Assembly: GCA_008632985.1 (NCBI GenBank)
Contig: QPGO01000132.1
Span: forward strand, 124,001-188,000
Source of the DNA: Psammoneis japonica
Taxonomy: Eukaryota
Reading direction: 5' to 3'
Length of the DNA: 64,000 nt
A program made the translations under genes and the position numbers. The notes beneath the pieces are model-generated. The model saw nothing but the letters and a program-made list of their open reading frames with translations. It was not told the DNA's origin and ran no database searches. This document shows positions 50,039-62,445 of this stretch, piece by piece; positions within the stretch are counted from its first letter, which is position 1; every line of letters starts with the position of its first letter.

Positions 50039-53000
50039 GCAAGCTCATTTGTCACATGTCAAGAAAGGCAGCACAGCACCCTGGCGCTTGCTGCCATTGC
50101 TGCTGAAGGCCACACTTGCAAATTGGGTGGCCCTGTGCTGGCTCCATTGACAAGCACAAAGTGATCTCTCCATCTGATGCTGCTTGCTCCATCAAGCAGT
50201 TTGCAAATGCCAAATTCTAAGTTTCTTTGAGATCCCCCCCTCACACAGTGGCGAAAAAATGCCTGGACTCACAACAGGTTCACCTTGCACTGGAAAAACA
50301 TGGCGCCTCAAACCAGATGCATTGGATGACAAGGAATTTGCACCTGAGCTCCCTCTTTAAGATTTGCAATTGACTGCTGCCTTTGTCTGCCCTGATGAAA
50401 AGCTTTTTCTGAGTCAACAAGAGATTTCTGTGAGCACCAACATGAAGCAAGAACTTCTCAACCTGTTGCCAAGGAAGCAAGAAGCTGAGAGCTTGGTCAT
50501 TCTGCTCATGGAAAACTTTGCAAACTTGCCACTTGGCCCAAGTGGGAGCAAAAAGGGAGTGACAACAGTTTGGTGCTCTTGGCATGCATGACCCACCACA
50601 GCTGTGGCCCAAGCAATGTCAACATGGCAGCAACACAGCCACACAGACAATGTTTGTCAGCTCTGCAGGATCAGATGTGCCACCCTGTTCCACACACTGC
50701 AGATAAAAAGAATTCATTGGGAGCTCATGCAGCAGGAGATTGTTCACACCTTTGTCAAAACAGACATGTGCTGCAATCTTGACCTTGTCTGTCTTGGTGT
50801 CTTGCCAAAGAATTTTTTCATGGCACTTTTAGAAGGAAACCAAGGAGCACACCCTTCTGTGTGTTTGTCCAAAAATTCAATGGCACGCAAAACACACAAG
50901 CTGATGAACCCAAACTGCTTGGTGCCCAAAGGTGCACAATGGCAAGCTGAAGTTTTCAATCTTGCCCACAGCAACAGCACTGGTTTTGGTTTGAGCAGAC
51001 TCTTGGCCCTCACAAATGCACAGCATCTCTCAATCAAAAGATGATGGCAGAAGGCTTGTGGCCAAAATTGAGCCACATTTCAACAATGAGATGTGGCTGT
51101 TCTGTGGGTCCACATCATTGAGCAGGAGTGCTGGTGCCAAATGCTGGACAAATGTCACAGCCAAGTTTCTTGGTGCTGAAAAGGTTGTGGATGTTGGAAC
51201 CCCACACATCTTGCCACCTTCTTGAAAACCCAAAACACACACTTGTTGCAACAAAACTCAGAAAGCTCTTTTTCAAGATTTGGCAAAGCTGAACAGGCTC
51301 CTTTTTGAAAATTGGGCAACACTGACAGAGTGCTGATGGCAAGAGCAACAAGCCAAAGAGCTTCCCACAAATTGGTGACAGTGGATGACACATGTGCCAG
51401 CAAGAAAGAGTGAGAAAAGAAGAAAGTTGAAAGTGAGTTCTTGATGATCTGGCATCAGTCTTGACAAACTTGTTTTTCATCTTGAGCACACCAAGCTGAG
51501 CAAGCGTCAATGACAGGGGGTTGCCATGAGCAACTTTCAGCCCACCCATCAGGTGCTTGTTTGTGTGGCACAAACAATGCCCCTGGTCATCATTGGCACA
51601 CCACAAAACAGATGCTCTGTCTTAACTTTCAACAGCTGAGAGTGTCTTGAGGATCTCAGCAGCTGCACATGTCCATGTCACAAGCTTCAGAGGACTCAGG
51701 TGAACAATGCAGCAGCAGCAGGTTAAAGCCAGCTAAACAGGGAGTGTCTTGTTCTTGCTGGAGATGGGCACAAAAGGCAGCTCATGTGTGTGCTTCTTCA
51801 AAGCTGGCTGGTGCATGCCAAAAAGATGCTTGGGGCGGGGGAGCACAGCACGCCACACCAGGAGATGTGCAACCCCATTGGGGGTGGCAACAAAGAATGT
51901 GGGAGAGCACTTTGCTGTGACAAAGAACACACCATGAGTGGCAGTTGCTGCTTGATTGGAAGCAGAGCATGTGCACCACTCCCTGAGTCAGATGTCTGGC
52001 ATGTGGGAAAAATCTGCACAGCACTGTTGTTTCCCACAAACTTGCAAAAGAAGGAAACTTCTTGACCGCACCCAGACTGACTGGACACTTCCTCTCTTTT
52101 CTCCACCTCTTCTTGAGAAGCAGTGTGCGCAGATTGATTGGCTGGGCCTGAAGAACCTGAAGTGGAAATGACAGGGCTGTTCCATGAGTGCTCCAACCAA
52201 CCAGCTTTCAGTGCTTCTTCTTTGCTGGTGACGCAGGAGGGTCAACATGCCACATGACAAAAAGATTTTTGAGTGAGCTCTGACACACCAGGTGGAAGAC
52301 CAGCAGACACCACCCCAGAAAGACTGAGTGTGGCTGCTGGGTGGACAACCCATGGAACTGTGGTTGCTGGCTTGCACATGCAACAAAGCGCACACCCAAA
52401 ATGAACATGCCAGGAAAAGCGAAAAAGTTTGACATTTTAAGCAACACCCTGTGTCTTGCAAAGGTGCAGGTTTCTCGCCCACAATCAAACAACACCTTTT
52501 GTGAATGAAAGGCATCTGTGTGCATGCTGGCACCATGGCATGGACACATGTGCAAGTGTGCACATGTGTGCTGGCCAGCCGCTGTTTTGAGCAATGAGTT
52601 CACACCTGCTGTGCCACCAACAGAGGAGCTCTGGGGAAACCAAAGCAATGCTCTTGCTGTGCTGCAGAAGCTGCATCAACTGCTGTGCTGCACACAGTTG
52701 CTCTCTTTGTCCATTTCTTCTCAGCTGTCTTGGTCGAACAACCTCCTGCTCGCTCCACGAGAGAGAGCTGTTGCAAGATCAACTTGCTGCTCATTGTTGG
52801 AAGCCTCCTCTGGAGTCTGGAGTCAAGTGGGGATCAATTTTTTTGACAAGCACCTTGTTGTGCGATCCGCTTCGAAATCAGATCTGGTGTGGTCTCTGCA
52901 TTGCACCGCGCTTGCTTGGCCCTTTGGTTGCTAACTCCCGGGTGCATGTTGCGTGCCTCTCTCTCCTCATCTCCGTCCGTCCGGTGCCTCATTTTCTATC

Positions 53001-54378
53001 TTTCACACAAAAGATCCGAAACCCGGAAGTTGATAATGATGGAACGAAGCAATAAAAAAAAATCGATTGTTGCTTCTGTTGGCGATAACGAAAGTGACCA
53101 TTGTCGCCACACTTCATCGCCGTGTTGTGATTTCTCCAGCAGCTCTCAGTTTGCATTGGTTGTTTCTGTGTCAAGGCTCGTCGAAAGGGCAAACATGATC
53201 GACGACGATGCAAGATCGGCGGAAACTCTGAGAAATCACTATTGTACTGTATAAACAACAAACTCTCGTCATCGGCAAATCAACAAGAAAAAAGGACAGA
53301 AAGCTTTGAGGCAGGTTATTCCTTCATTTGACTTCTTGTTGACATCTATTTCAATTTTGATGCTTGCTGTCGTAAACGGTGAACGGTCACGACAGTGAAA
53401 GGATTGTGAATGAGGAAATGAATAGAGAAAAGAGAACTTTAAAGAACACGACGAGAGGGTTGTGTCTGAACGGTTACGAGCACAGAAGAACGTGACTGTG
53501 CAAGATTTGGCGAAACAAAACATCAAGGCAACAGGAGAGGCTATGTAGAAAGTCATCTACGAGAGTGAATCGTCTGTCGTTTGGTTTTACCCAGCCTTTT
53601 GAGTTGGTCTCGGTTTTCGCAAGGAAGCCTCACACTAGTGTCATATTCAGAGCCTTACATTCAGGCTTTCAAGAGTGGCTGAATCTTGTTACAATTTGTC
53701 TGGCGACGCCACCAATGAAGCCCGCTGCACTGGAGCGCGTTCTCGCACATGACAAACTTTGTCCCGAGAGACTCCTCTCAGACTGTGCTTCCTTTTTTTC
53801 ACTCTGTTGCAAAGCGCATTAAAAGGTCAATCTGAGTGTGTTGTTGTTCACGGCCGGAAAACATGGCCGCGCTTCTGTCTAGACAAGTCCTGCCGCCTCC
53901 TTTGTTTCCTTGTGGGGACGACTCCAGATCGGGACTTTTGATAAAATGTTGACTGAAGAGCTCTCTAGAGTATATCCTCTATGTTTAATCCATGGAGAAC
54001 TCGGCAGATACACGGTGCGAACGATGCTAAGGTAGCTACTGTAGGGCCCTCTCTAGAGTAGGGCCTAAAGGTCGGCGAGGGCGGGACGCTTTCTCTTCTG
54101 GGCAAATTCAAAATGTTGGAGCAGTCATCGGTTGATGCACGAACGAAAGAGCTCGAGCAGTTCGCGTTCTCGCTCTCGAGCTCGACGTTTGCCCGCGCCA
54201 AAAAAAAGTCGCACTCATGTTCCTCCCAAGCGACCCTCGCAGAATTGTACGCGACAATTGTACGAAGATCTTGGTACGCGCGATAGGAAATAGAATCTTT
54301 TTTGGCACACAAAGACGCCTCACAATCGTCGTGAGTGCATTGGTTGTTGTTGAGAAGTTGTTGACCGTTCTATACACC

Positions 54379-57300
54379 ATGACAAGAACCAGAAGACACA
54401 GTGCTTCTATTGACCTTGTTGATCTCACGAGTGACGACGACGCCTCCAGTGACGGCGGCAGCGGCGGCGGCGCGTTTATTGCAACGACGAGTGCCTCTGC
54501 CGCGGGTCGCGCTCTCGTTAGCAGCCGACGCATCACTCCTTCGCCGCCACCTAACGAACGAGATATCGAGCGTGCCGAGACTCCGGACCTTCCAGCCGAG
54601 AGTCGTAACGTGGAGTCTCCGCTTGCGTCGTCCGAGTCTACGGCGTCCGTCGTTGATGATGATTCTTCCCCGACGACTCTTGCACGTGCAGCCGCCGTAG
54701 AAGCAGTACCAGCGGCGATGGAAGCTTCTTCTTTGTTGGAATATACTCAAGCCCTCGGTCCCATGCCGGCCATTATGGGAGCCTTTGATGAAACCGTCAA
54801 CGCAGTTCAAGCCGTCGCTGCCAATCAAGAAGAAGAAGAACAGAGAAAACTTTCCGATTCCGAAGCGCGCAAGCTCTTGGCGGCTGAAGAGAAGCAAGAT
54901 TGGAAGCAGACTCAACGAGAGCTCGATTCCCTCTTCGACAAGCAAAACGAAAACAAATACGACGGTATTCCGGCGTTTCGTCGTCCCGACGGCTTCAAGG
55001 ATGAAATTTCGTTTTTTCCCTACCAACAAGACGGTATCCGTTGGATGGTCCATCAAGAAACTGCAGAAGATCGCGTGGCGCCCTTTTGGAAGGAACGGAT
55101 TCTTGGTTGTCACGCCCAGAATCGTTGGTGGTATTGCACTATTACCCAACGAATGCAGAAGGAAACACCGAAATCGTGCAAGGGAGCGATTTTAGCTGGT
55201 GAGTTTTTTGATATTTTGCTTTTGTTGCTTTCAAGAATAAGTTCGCACAAACACTTACGTACCGCTCCTTCTCTTTCCCTTTCGATTTAGACGATATGGG
55301 GTTAGGTAAGACCTTGCAATCGATTGGTTTGATTCTTTCCAATCGTCCCAAGGAGGGAGAACCTTCTTGCACCTTGATTGTCGCTCCCGTTTCCGTCATT
55401 GCCAATTGGGATCAGCAACTGACCAAGTTTGTCAAGCCAGACACGCTGCGAGTAGCCGTGTACCACGGCCCAAAACGCCAGCAGATTTTGACCAAGGTGA
55501 AACGGGGAGAACTCGACGTCCTTCTTACTTCCTACGAGACGCTCACGAGCGACTTGGCGCAATTCGAGGAGGTACGTTGTTTTGCATTGTGTGGCGTCTC
55601 ATGTTGCAGAGTTCTCGATTTGTACATGGTGCTTACTCTTCTTCTCTCACTTTTTCGTCATATCCATAGATGCAAGAGGAAAAGGAAGAAAAGAAAATGG
55701 AGGCGAAAAAGCTCAAGGCTTCGAAAAAGACCAAGCGTGACTTGGTTCGCTCCGCGTGGGACGACGATTCGGATGACGACTTTGACCCGAGCGAGGAATC
55801 CTCGGATGACGAAGACGATCACTACTTGCCCCCGTCTATGCTCAAAAAGCGCAAGCGTGCTCCTACCGCCAATCGCATTTGGATTTTTGACTTGGAGTTC
55901 TTCCGAATCTGTTTAGACGAGGCCCACAAGATTCGCAACAGCAAAACGTCCTTTTTCAAGTCCGTCATGATGATTGCTGCGGAACGCAAGCTGTGTCTGA
56001 CGGGAACGCCTTTTGTCAATCGTCCTAGCGATATTCATTCGCTTATGGCCTTTCTTGGAGCCGAGCCTCTTTCGGACAAGTCCATCTTTGTGAGCCAAGT
56101 TGTCAAGCCCATTATGGAGGCCAAGGAAGTCGGCTTGTCACGCATTCGTATCGTTGTGTCTCATCTTGCGTTGCGTCGCACCAAGGCCTTGGTGAATTCC
56201 ACCATTCAGCTGGTTCCCAAGGAGGTCATTTTGAACCACGTGGAGTTTCCTGAGGGGGGATTCCATGGGTCGACCAACGAGGTCTTGTACGAAACCGCTC
56301 GGGCGGCATTCCTCTCGCTGCTACGCGCCGGGTCCGTCTTTTCCAACTTTTATGCCTTTCTCACGCTTGTCCTACGTGTACGCCAGTCCTGTTGTTCTGG
56401 TTACCTTGTTCCAACGGAAGCCCGGGACATCGCCATGGAAGTTCACTCGCAGATTCAGTCTGGCGAGGTGGACATTTCCGCTGTAGAGGGCGCTGAACTT
56501 CTCAAGAAACTCCTTGACATCTTGAAGGGAAACGGCGACGAGACGGAGTACGACAAGGAGTGTGCCGTTTGCTACGCCGAGTTGGAGGAGGAGAACGCTT
56601 GTGTGTTGCGAAGCTGCCAGCATGTGATTTGCGAATCGTGTCTCGACCAGATTCAAAACCAGTTGTGTCCCCTTTGCCGCAAGCCTTATCAGCCGAGCGA
56701 TATGGTCAAGCTGGCGGATGCCCAAAAGGCCGCCAAGAAGAAAAAAGAGGACAAGCCAAAGAAGAAGGCTGCTCCGCCCAAAGTGGATCACGATGGACTC
56801 GAGATTCCCCCAAAAGTGCAAGCTATTTTGGATGGGATCAACGAGATGGCGCCGGACGAGAAGGGTGTCATCTTTAGCCAGGTGCGACACCGAACAAGTC
56901 CTCGTTTCGCTCTACGTTTTATCTCCATTCTTTTATTCATCATTTCTGTACATTGCTTTTGTTTCTTTCTCTATAGTGGACGTCCTTTCTCGATATCATT
57001 CAGGCAGCTCTCGAACGCAACGGTCACACTACGACTCGCATTGATGGCAGCATGAATGCCTTTGAGCGTATCCAGGCCATGCAGGACTTTGAGTCCGAGG
57101 ATGGTCCGCGCTTCATCATGTGCAGCCTTCATGCGTGTGGTGCTGGTATTTCGCTTACCCGCGGAAATATCGTCTGGCTTTGCGACGCTTGGTGGAACGC
57201 CTCGATTGAGGCTCAGGTACGTGTCGGGACGCAAGCAGTCCTGCTCACACTTTAGAATATAGGCCCTCAACTTTCTCGTTTCATTGATACAGGCGATGGA

Positions 57301-57706
57301 CCGTGTTCATCGCATTGGGCAGGTACGTCCTGTTAAGGTCATTCGCCTCATCATGAATGACTCCTTGGAACAGCGCATGGTGGAACTGCAGGTCGCAAAG
57401 CAGTGTCTTGGCAAGGGAAGTCTTCAGAAACTTACCAAGGAGGAGCGAAAGAAGGTACGTCGACTTGCGTCTACTCCCCAGTAGAATGAAAGCCGTATTT
57501 TTCACAACATGTCGATTGCTTTGCACTCTCAACAAAACACGTTAATCATTTCCCACTTCTTGCAGGCGCGCATTACGGCCTTGAAGGATCTCTTTCAGGT
57601 CGAAGAAGATTTGGATCAAAAGTGGGAAGGATTTTTTGATGATGAAGAAGAGGATGACGGCGAAGATCTACGTGACTTCATTGTCGACGACGACAACTTC
57701 GAATAG
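54379..57706 (+). CDS. RAD5/RAD16/HLTF-like SNF2 helicase with RING finger; exons 54379-55198, 55291-55571, 55670-56881, 56977-57216, 57293-57454, 57566-57706
   Basis: FPYQQDGIRWM, GAILADDMGLGKT, RICLDEAHKIRN, LTGTP, C3HC4 RING CAVC..CQH..CESC..CPLC, VIFSQW, QAMDRVHRIGQ; five GT-AG introns give 2856 nt in frame. Confidence 0.92.
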
Positions 57707-58334
57707 AGTTTAGGCTAGACTAGCTTGCATTCACGGGGAAATGATGTCGGAGAAAATTAGTACTAGTGCTGGAGAACAGCAGCTTGACCCCGCCTTTTTC
57801 TTTACAATGTAGTGAGTAAAGGACTTGGTAGCCTCGTCATAGGTATCGTAAAGTATGCATTGACTTTTCATTGCTGATGTCATTATTTTCTCGGAGCGAA
57901 TGTGAACTGGTGCAGATCGATGGGTCCTGGTTTGTTTTAGTTGAAGATGCTGCACCTAGACCAGAAGCCCAAATGATGGGGTTTGTTGCGAAGCAAGTCG
58001 CAGGTCAAACGTATGGCGTCGCGCTCCAGCAGCCGTGCTACAGCTCGTTGTTGCTGACGTGATCTAGTAGTAGATCGCATTCTCTCTGCAAGAATTCATC
58101 TTGCTCATCATAGTTGCAGTCCGCACTGTCCTCCAGCTCAACATAATGCAATGGCCATAAATAGCAAATCCAACCATTGATGCGAGCACAGAGCACTCGC
58201 CTTGTTTCCCCGTGGAGGTTGACGACAAAACACGACACACGACTGACAGGACGCGCGTCTGACAAAAAATGGAAATCATTTTTAGAAGTAACACAACCTA
58301 CAAGAAAGCAACGGTAGCAATAACAAGCAAAAGT

Positions 58335-59072
58335 ATGAGGCAGCTGATTCGTTTAGCTCACTTGGTGCTTTCTCTTTCGGTTCTACTACTATTGAGAACA
58401 GCAAATGGATGCGGCACGGAAACGATAGTGAATTATGAAGTGGTCGAACGAGGTGAGATAAATGGCCGAAAGTTTGAAAGGTTCCGAGCATTGAGCAACG
58501 TGACAGTCCAAGACTGGGCGGCAACGATGAAGTTGGGTCACCAAGAGAGCATTGTGGAACTCTACACATGCTTGAGCGAATCGCCGTTCGCCGCTTTTTA
58601 CTTTGAGACACCTCCAGTGCGAGCCAAGGCTGCTTCTACCCAGCCTTTTGAGTTCGTCTTGGTTGATGCACCAAGACTTGCAACACGAAGTCCCAGATTT
58701 GAATCATTCTCGGAACCTTGTAGTCAGACTTCCACGAGTGATGACTATGGCTGTGTGTTTTCGAATCTGTCGGGTGACGCTAACCTCATCGTTCCAAAGC
58801 CTATTACTCAGGACAACGATGTTTACACACACTTGGCCAACTTCATCCGGAAAGCACCAGATGATCAAATTATTTCCTTGTTTCAGTCGGTTGCAACAGC
58901 GTATCTGAAGAACTTGTCGCGAAAAAGCGTCTGGCTATCCACTGCAGGAACAGGTGTGCCTTGGCTGCATTTTCGTCTGGACAAACGACCAAAGTACTAC
59001 CGCTACTCACCCTATAAGGACGAATACTACCACATCGTTTCTTTGGATAAGGAACCGACAGATGAGCTTTAG
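58335..59072 (+). CDS. DUF6940-like protein with signal peptide and C-terminal TDEL
   Basis: AFYFETPP..FEFVLVDAP..F.NLSGDA.LIVP..YTHLANFIR.AP..VWLSTAGTGVPWLHFRLDKRPKYY; family name is from recall. Confidence 0.7.
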   Translation: MRQLIRLAHLVLSLSVLLLLRTANGCGTETIVNYEVVERGEINGRKFERFRALSNVTVQDWAATMKLGHQESIVELYTCLSESPFAAFYFETPPVRAKAASTQPFEFVLVDAPRLATRSPRFESFSEPCSQTSTSDDYGCVFSNLSGDANLIVPKPITQDNDVYTHLANFIRKAPDDQIISLFQSVATAYLKNLSRKSVWLSTAGTGVPWLHFRLDKRPKYYRYSPYKDEYYHIVSLDKEPTDEL

Positions 59073-59478
59073 ACTGTACTTATAGAGACATTGTCGAATC
59101 ATCGTGGAGAACTTCAAAAAGAGAGGGCGAACAACGACCCGCACTTGCGCTTGATTGAAGGCGGTAACAGTGTTCGACACAGCAAAGTGCCCACGTCATT
59201 TAACTGGAGAAAAAACGTTAAATATATATTTAATGATCAAGACAATTCTGAGATAGGTTAAAATGTCTAAGCTACATGGTAATCAGTATAAAAAGAATTA
59301 AGCGTTCCCATTCTCATAATTACCGTCTCACAATATTCACGCGAGATCACTTCCTCCCGGTAATCACAGTTAGTTAGTAGCTAGAGAGAGAGAGCTGCAA
59401 GATGAGTCGTATTTTATCTCCCCTCTCTCAAAACTGAAAACAGATCCGTGTACATCACAAAGCAAGTGTAAAGAAAAA

Positions 59479-60861
59479 ATGATGAAGGTTGCTCTGGCTT
59501 CCATCTTGAGTATCTTATGCGTCGTCTCCGTTGACGGCCAAGATGTCTCCAAGGACGAAGTGGGGATGCACGATGACGGCGACAGGAACTTGAGCATCCC
59601 ATTGGGTGCTTGCTGCAATCCTGACGATGATCCTGGCTATCGAGTATGCAAAGACCACGTTGCACAGGAACATTGCACTTATGGATACTGGTTGGGACCG
59701 CACACCACGTGCTACAAAGACTGCCCCATACATTATTCTGCAAAGAAACCTCCAACACCAGCTGCCACGCCGCATCCGAAACCGGCACATGGCGCATGCT
59801 GTCTGGACGGATCGTCAAAGTGCCGAATCCTCTCCTACGAAACCTGCAAAGTTTTCAACAATGGTAAATTCTTCGGTTCTGGTGTTCCATGCGACTACAT
59901 CCATTGCCCCGCTGTGATGAAGCCTCCCACTCCCACCATTGCTCCTGGAGGTCGTGGTGCGTGTTGCTTTGAGAAAGGGTTTCGAAGATGCTTGATTTCC
60001 AGGCCGGGAAACTGCAGGAAAAAAGGAGGCAAGTTCTTAGGAAAGGGCACCGTCTGCAAAGAGCCTGGCGGTTTCTGCCCTCATGACTTTTCGACACCAG
60101 CTCCAACTCCCAAGCCTTACATTCCTCCGACAGGCGCTTGCTGCTTCAAGAACCACAAGTGCCACTTGCTCAGCGCAGGGGCTTGCCGCTACAAGGGCGG
60201 CAAATTCTTGGGAAAACACGTCAAGTGCGGCCCATACAAGACCTGCCCCTATGCCAAGCGTACGCCGAAGCCAACGCCTTACCCTACCCCAAAGCCGACG
60301 CCATACCCTACGCCGAAGCCCACGCCTTACCCTACCCCAAAGCCGACGCCTTACCCTACGCCGAAGCCTTATCGTTACCCTTACCCTACGCCGAAGCCTA
60401 CTCCGTATCCTTACCCAACGCCAAAGCCCACTCCTTACCCCGCTCGAACAAAGTATCCGGTGGCAACGCAGGGTGCATGTTGCTTCTACGGTGTTGGAAG
60501 CAGTGTTGGAAAATGTTATGTGCTCAGTAAGAAGCAGTGTGCTGACAAGAGAGGCAAGTTTGCGGGAGGAGGCACAGTGTGCAACAGCAAGACGTGTCCC
60601 TCCGCATATGGTGCGTGCTGCTTGGCTGACGATACCTGCGTTGAGGTGGAACCCAAGATCTGTTCTTCAAAGGGAGGAAACTCTGCCGGATCGGGTACGG
60701 TATGCAAGAAGCACACTTGTCCCATTGTCGAGCGCGGTGCCTGTTGCCGGAAGAACGGAGACTGCCAGATACTCATGAAGGAAGTCTGTTGGAAGAAGGG
60801 CGGCAAATTCAAGGGCTCTGGAAGCACTTGTAAGAAGAATATGTGCCCCAAGGTGATTTAG
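59479..60861 (+). CDS. Secreted Cys/Lys-rich protein with seven GACC repeats and a PTPYPTPK linker (cell wall/adhesive candidate)
   Basis: Signal peptide, acidic propeptide ending in RNL, 7x GACC..C..C..G.(F/W).G..C..CP-type modules, intronless. Confidence 0.85.
   Translation: MMKVALASILSILCVVSVDGQDVSKDEVGMHDDGDRNLSIPLGACCNPDDDPGYRVCKDHVAQEHCTYGYWLGPHTTCYKDCPIHYSAKKPPTPAATPHPKPAHGACCLDGSSKCRILSYETCKVFNNGKFFGSGVPCDYIHCPAVMKPPTPTIAPGGRGACCFEKGFRRCLISRPGNCRKKGGKFLGKGTVCKEPGGFCPHDFSTPAPTPKPYIPPTGACCFKNHKCHLLSAGACRYKGGKFLGKHVKCGPYKTCPYAKRTPKPTPYPTPKPTPYPTPKPTPYPTPKPTPYPTPKPYRYPYPTPKPTPYPYPTPKPTPYPARTKYPVATQGACCFYGVGSSVGKCYVLSKKQCADKRGKFAGGGTVCNSKTCPSAYGACCLADDTCVEVEPKICSSKGGNSAGSGTVCKKHTCPIVERGACCRKNGDCQILMKEVCWKKGGKFKGSGSTCKKNMCPKVI
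60262..60440 (+). repeat. 24-bp coding tandem repeat (PTPKPTPY)
   Basis: ccgaagccaacgccttaccctacc-type units, ~7 copies with synonymous variation. Confidence 0.9.
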
Positions 60862-61538
60862 CGCTGAATGTGTTTGACGCAATCAGTCCTTCAATTGCTT
60901 CCGTAGAAAGAAGATTTTGTAGACCGTACTCTAGACAGCAGGATTCGTGAAAGACTTTTCAAAAGAACGCTTTTGACAGCGATTTGCTTCGTGCAGGCCG
61001 ACGATGCGCTTGCGTGCCGTGCACGTGCAGTTACACCATCGGCCGCACTCCCCCAGCTCACGCTTTCGAATCAATCGTTGATCAAAACTTGTTGACTCTT
61101 TGCTCTATCCAGTCACGCGTTGCTGCTTCATCGTGCTGTCTCCGCTATTATTGGATACCGAGTGAAACTACGACAGGGCGGCAGAGTAGAGAGCCCTCTT
61201 TACCCCGGGCGTTCGGATCGCCCATGCCCAGACCTGAAGCGCTGCAATTGTGGAATTCGCTGCTGCTCCTCTTTCTAGTTTGGCACCGTCTCGACTGACT
61301 CGACGTGTATCCTTTTGTCTTACTGCGGTTGGCATTTCATCTTTTGATAACTTGCAGATGCCAAAAATTTGATACAACAACAAGTTATTCGATGTGCCTT
61401 TTGGGGCATTTGATGTTGAAAATCTTGAAGATACTATTCTTGCTACTTCTTAGTATATTCATGACTTCATGGATCAAACGGAAGAATACCACATGCAACG
61501 AAGGACTCGCCAGTCGAGGGGATATGTATTGATATGTC

Positions 61539-62006
61539 TCATAAGACACTGGAAACATCTTCTGCATCGTTACTGCACGTTAAATCTGGGACCATGACAT
61601 GCATCAGTTTGGCCACGTATGGGGTCGCACAAAAGGTCTCCTCCAAATCCCGAACAGACGTGCAAAAAGCACAACGCTCGCCCGTGGATATTTTTGTATG
61701 AATGCAATTTTTATACTCGGGCTCGTGAAGGCACTTGCTGAAATCCGATTCATGTCTTAGAATCTCCTCGTCTGACTTGCACTGCCGTTGTGGGGAAGAA
61801 ACGAGTCCTTGAGGCACACAGAGCGCGTTGCACCAGCTGCATCCGTGGGCTTGATGACACGCGTCCGCGTCGGTATGAGCAAGGCATTGTTTGAGGTGAT
61901 TTTCGTCCGTGTCGTTTCCGCGCAAGGTTGCCTGTGCAACACTGGCTTCATGCAAGAATGCAATCCAAGTGCAGATGTGAAAGAACAGTAGCGGCGACTT
62001 CATCAT
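61539..62006 (-). CDS. Small secreted Cys-rich protein (PSI-like C..C.WC repeats)
   Basis: Signal peptide followed by TLRG; CL..D..AC..GCSWC..LCVP and CL..NC..CAFC..FC. Confidence 0.65.
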   Translation of the reverse strand: MMKSPLLFFHICTWIAFLHEASVAQATLRGNDTDENHLKQCLAHTDADACHQAHGCSWCNALCVPQGLVSSPQRQCKSDEEILRHESDFSKCLHEPEYKNCIHTKISTGERCAFCTSVRDLEETFCATPYVAKLMHVMVPDLTCSNDAEDVSSVL

Positions 62007-62445
62007 GGTGTCTCTAGCTGTATTATGCCTTGCGCGCAGGTGCCCCCGCGCGGACACACAAGAATTTTTTCGACTCCCTCCGACACGCGCTCGCTAAAAA
62101 AAAAACCGAAAAACGACTCCGGATGGCATCTTGTCGTTGATTGTAAGTAATTGGACGATTATCGTGATAGTTTGACCAGGCGGAAACGCTACACTAGTCC
62201 CTAAGATTATATCACTTGAAGGTCTTGTGAAGATTTGAAGAGACACTCGAGAAATCTACCAGGATTTGTTGTGCTTGGATGTCACCGAAATGCTGCACTT
62301 TTCTGCGCAATTCATTCTTTGTCGAATCTCCATCTTCCTCCCTTGCAGTCGCACCCATCTATTCTGATGATTCAGCATTACACGGGACATTGTGTGGCTT
62401 GAGTAGGCTGTAAGTAGACGAGACATTGTGTCATGAAAAAACAAA

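Larger units (their letters stand above)
45190..52930. mobile_element. 7.7-kb TpA/CpG-depleted nested transposon block
   Basis: Residual TA nearly only in ttaa, tcta/taga, ttac, taa contexts; contains a tyrosine-recombinase relic and a MITE. Confidence 0.75.

Noticed and set aside
45054..53055. Dense six-frame ORFs
   Set aside because: Same stop-codon depletion artefact; only the recombinase relic has recognisable motifs.
54370..55149. 259-aa antisense ORF (and similar ones opposite other genes)
   Set aside because: Shadow of well-supported coding exons on the other strand.
5061..57706. Functional cluster of chromatin genes (PHD, MRG-like, JmjC, SNF2-RING) encoding the mutator
   Set aside because: Genes are dispersed among unrelated housekeeping genes, and no deaminase, methyltransferase or Y-family polymerase is visible in the window.
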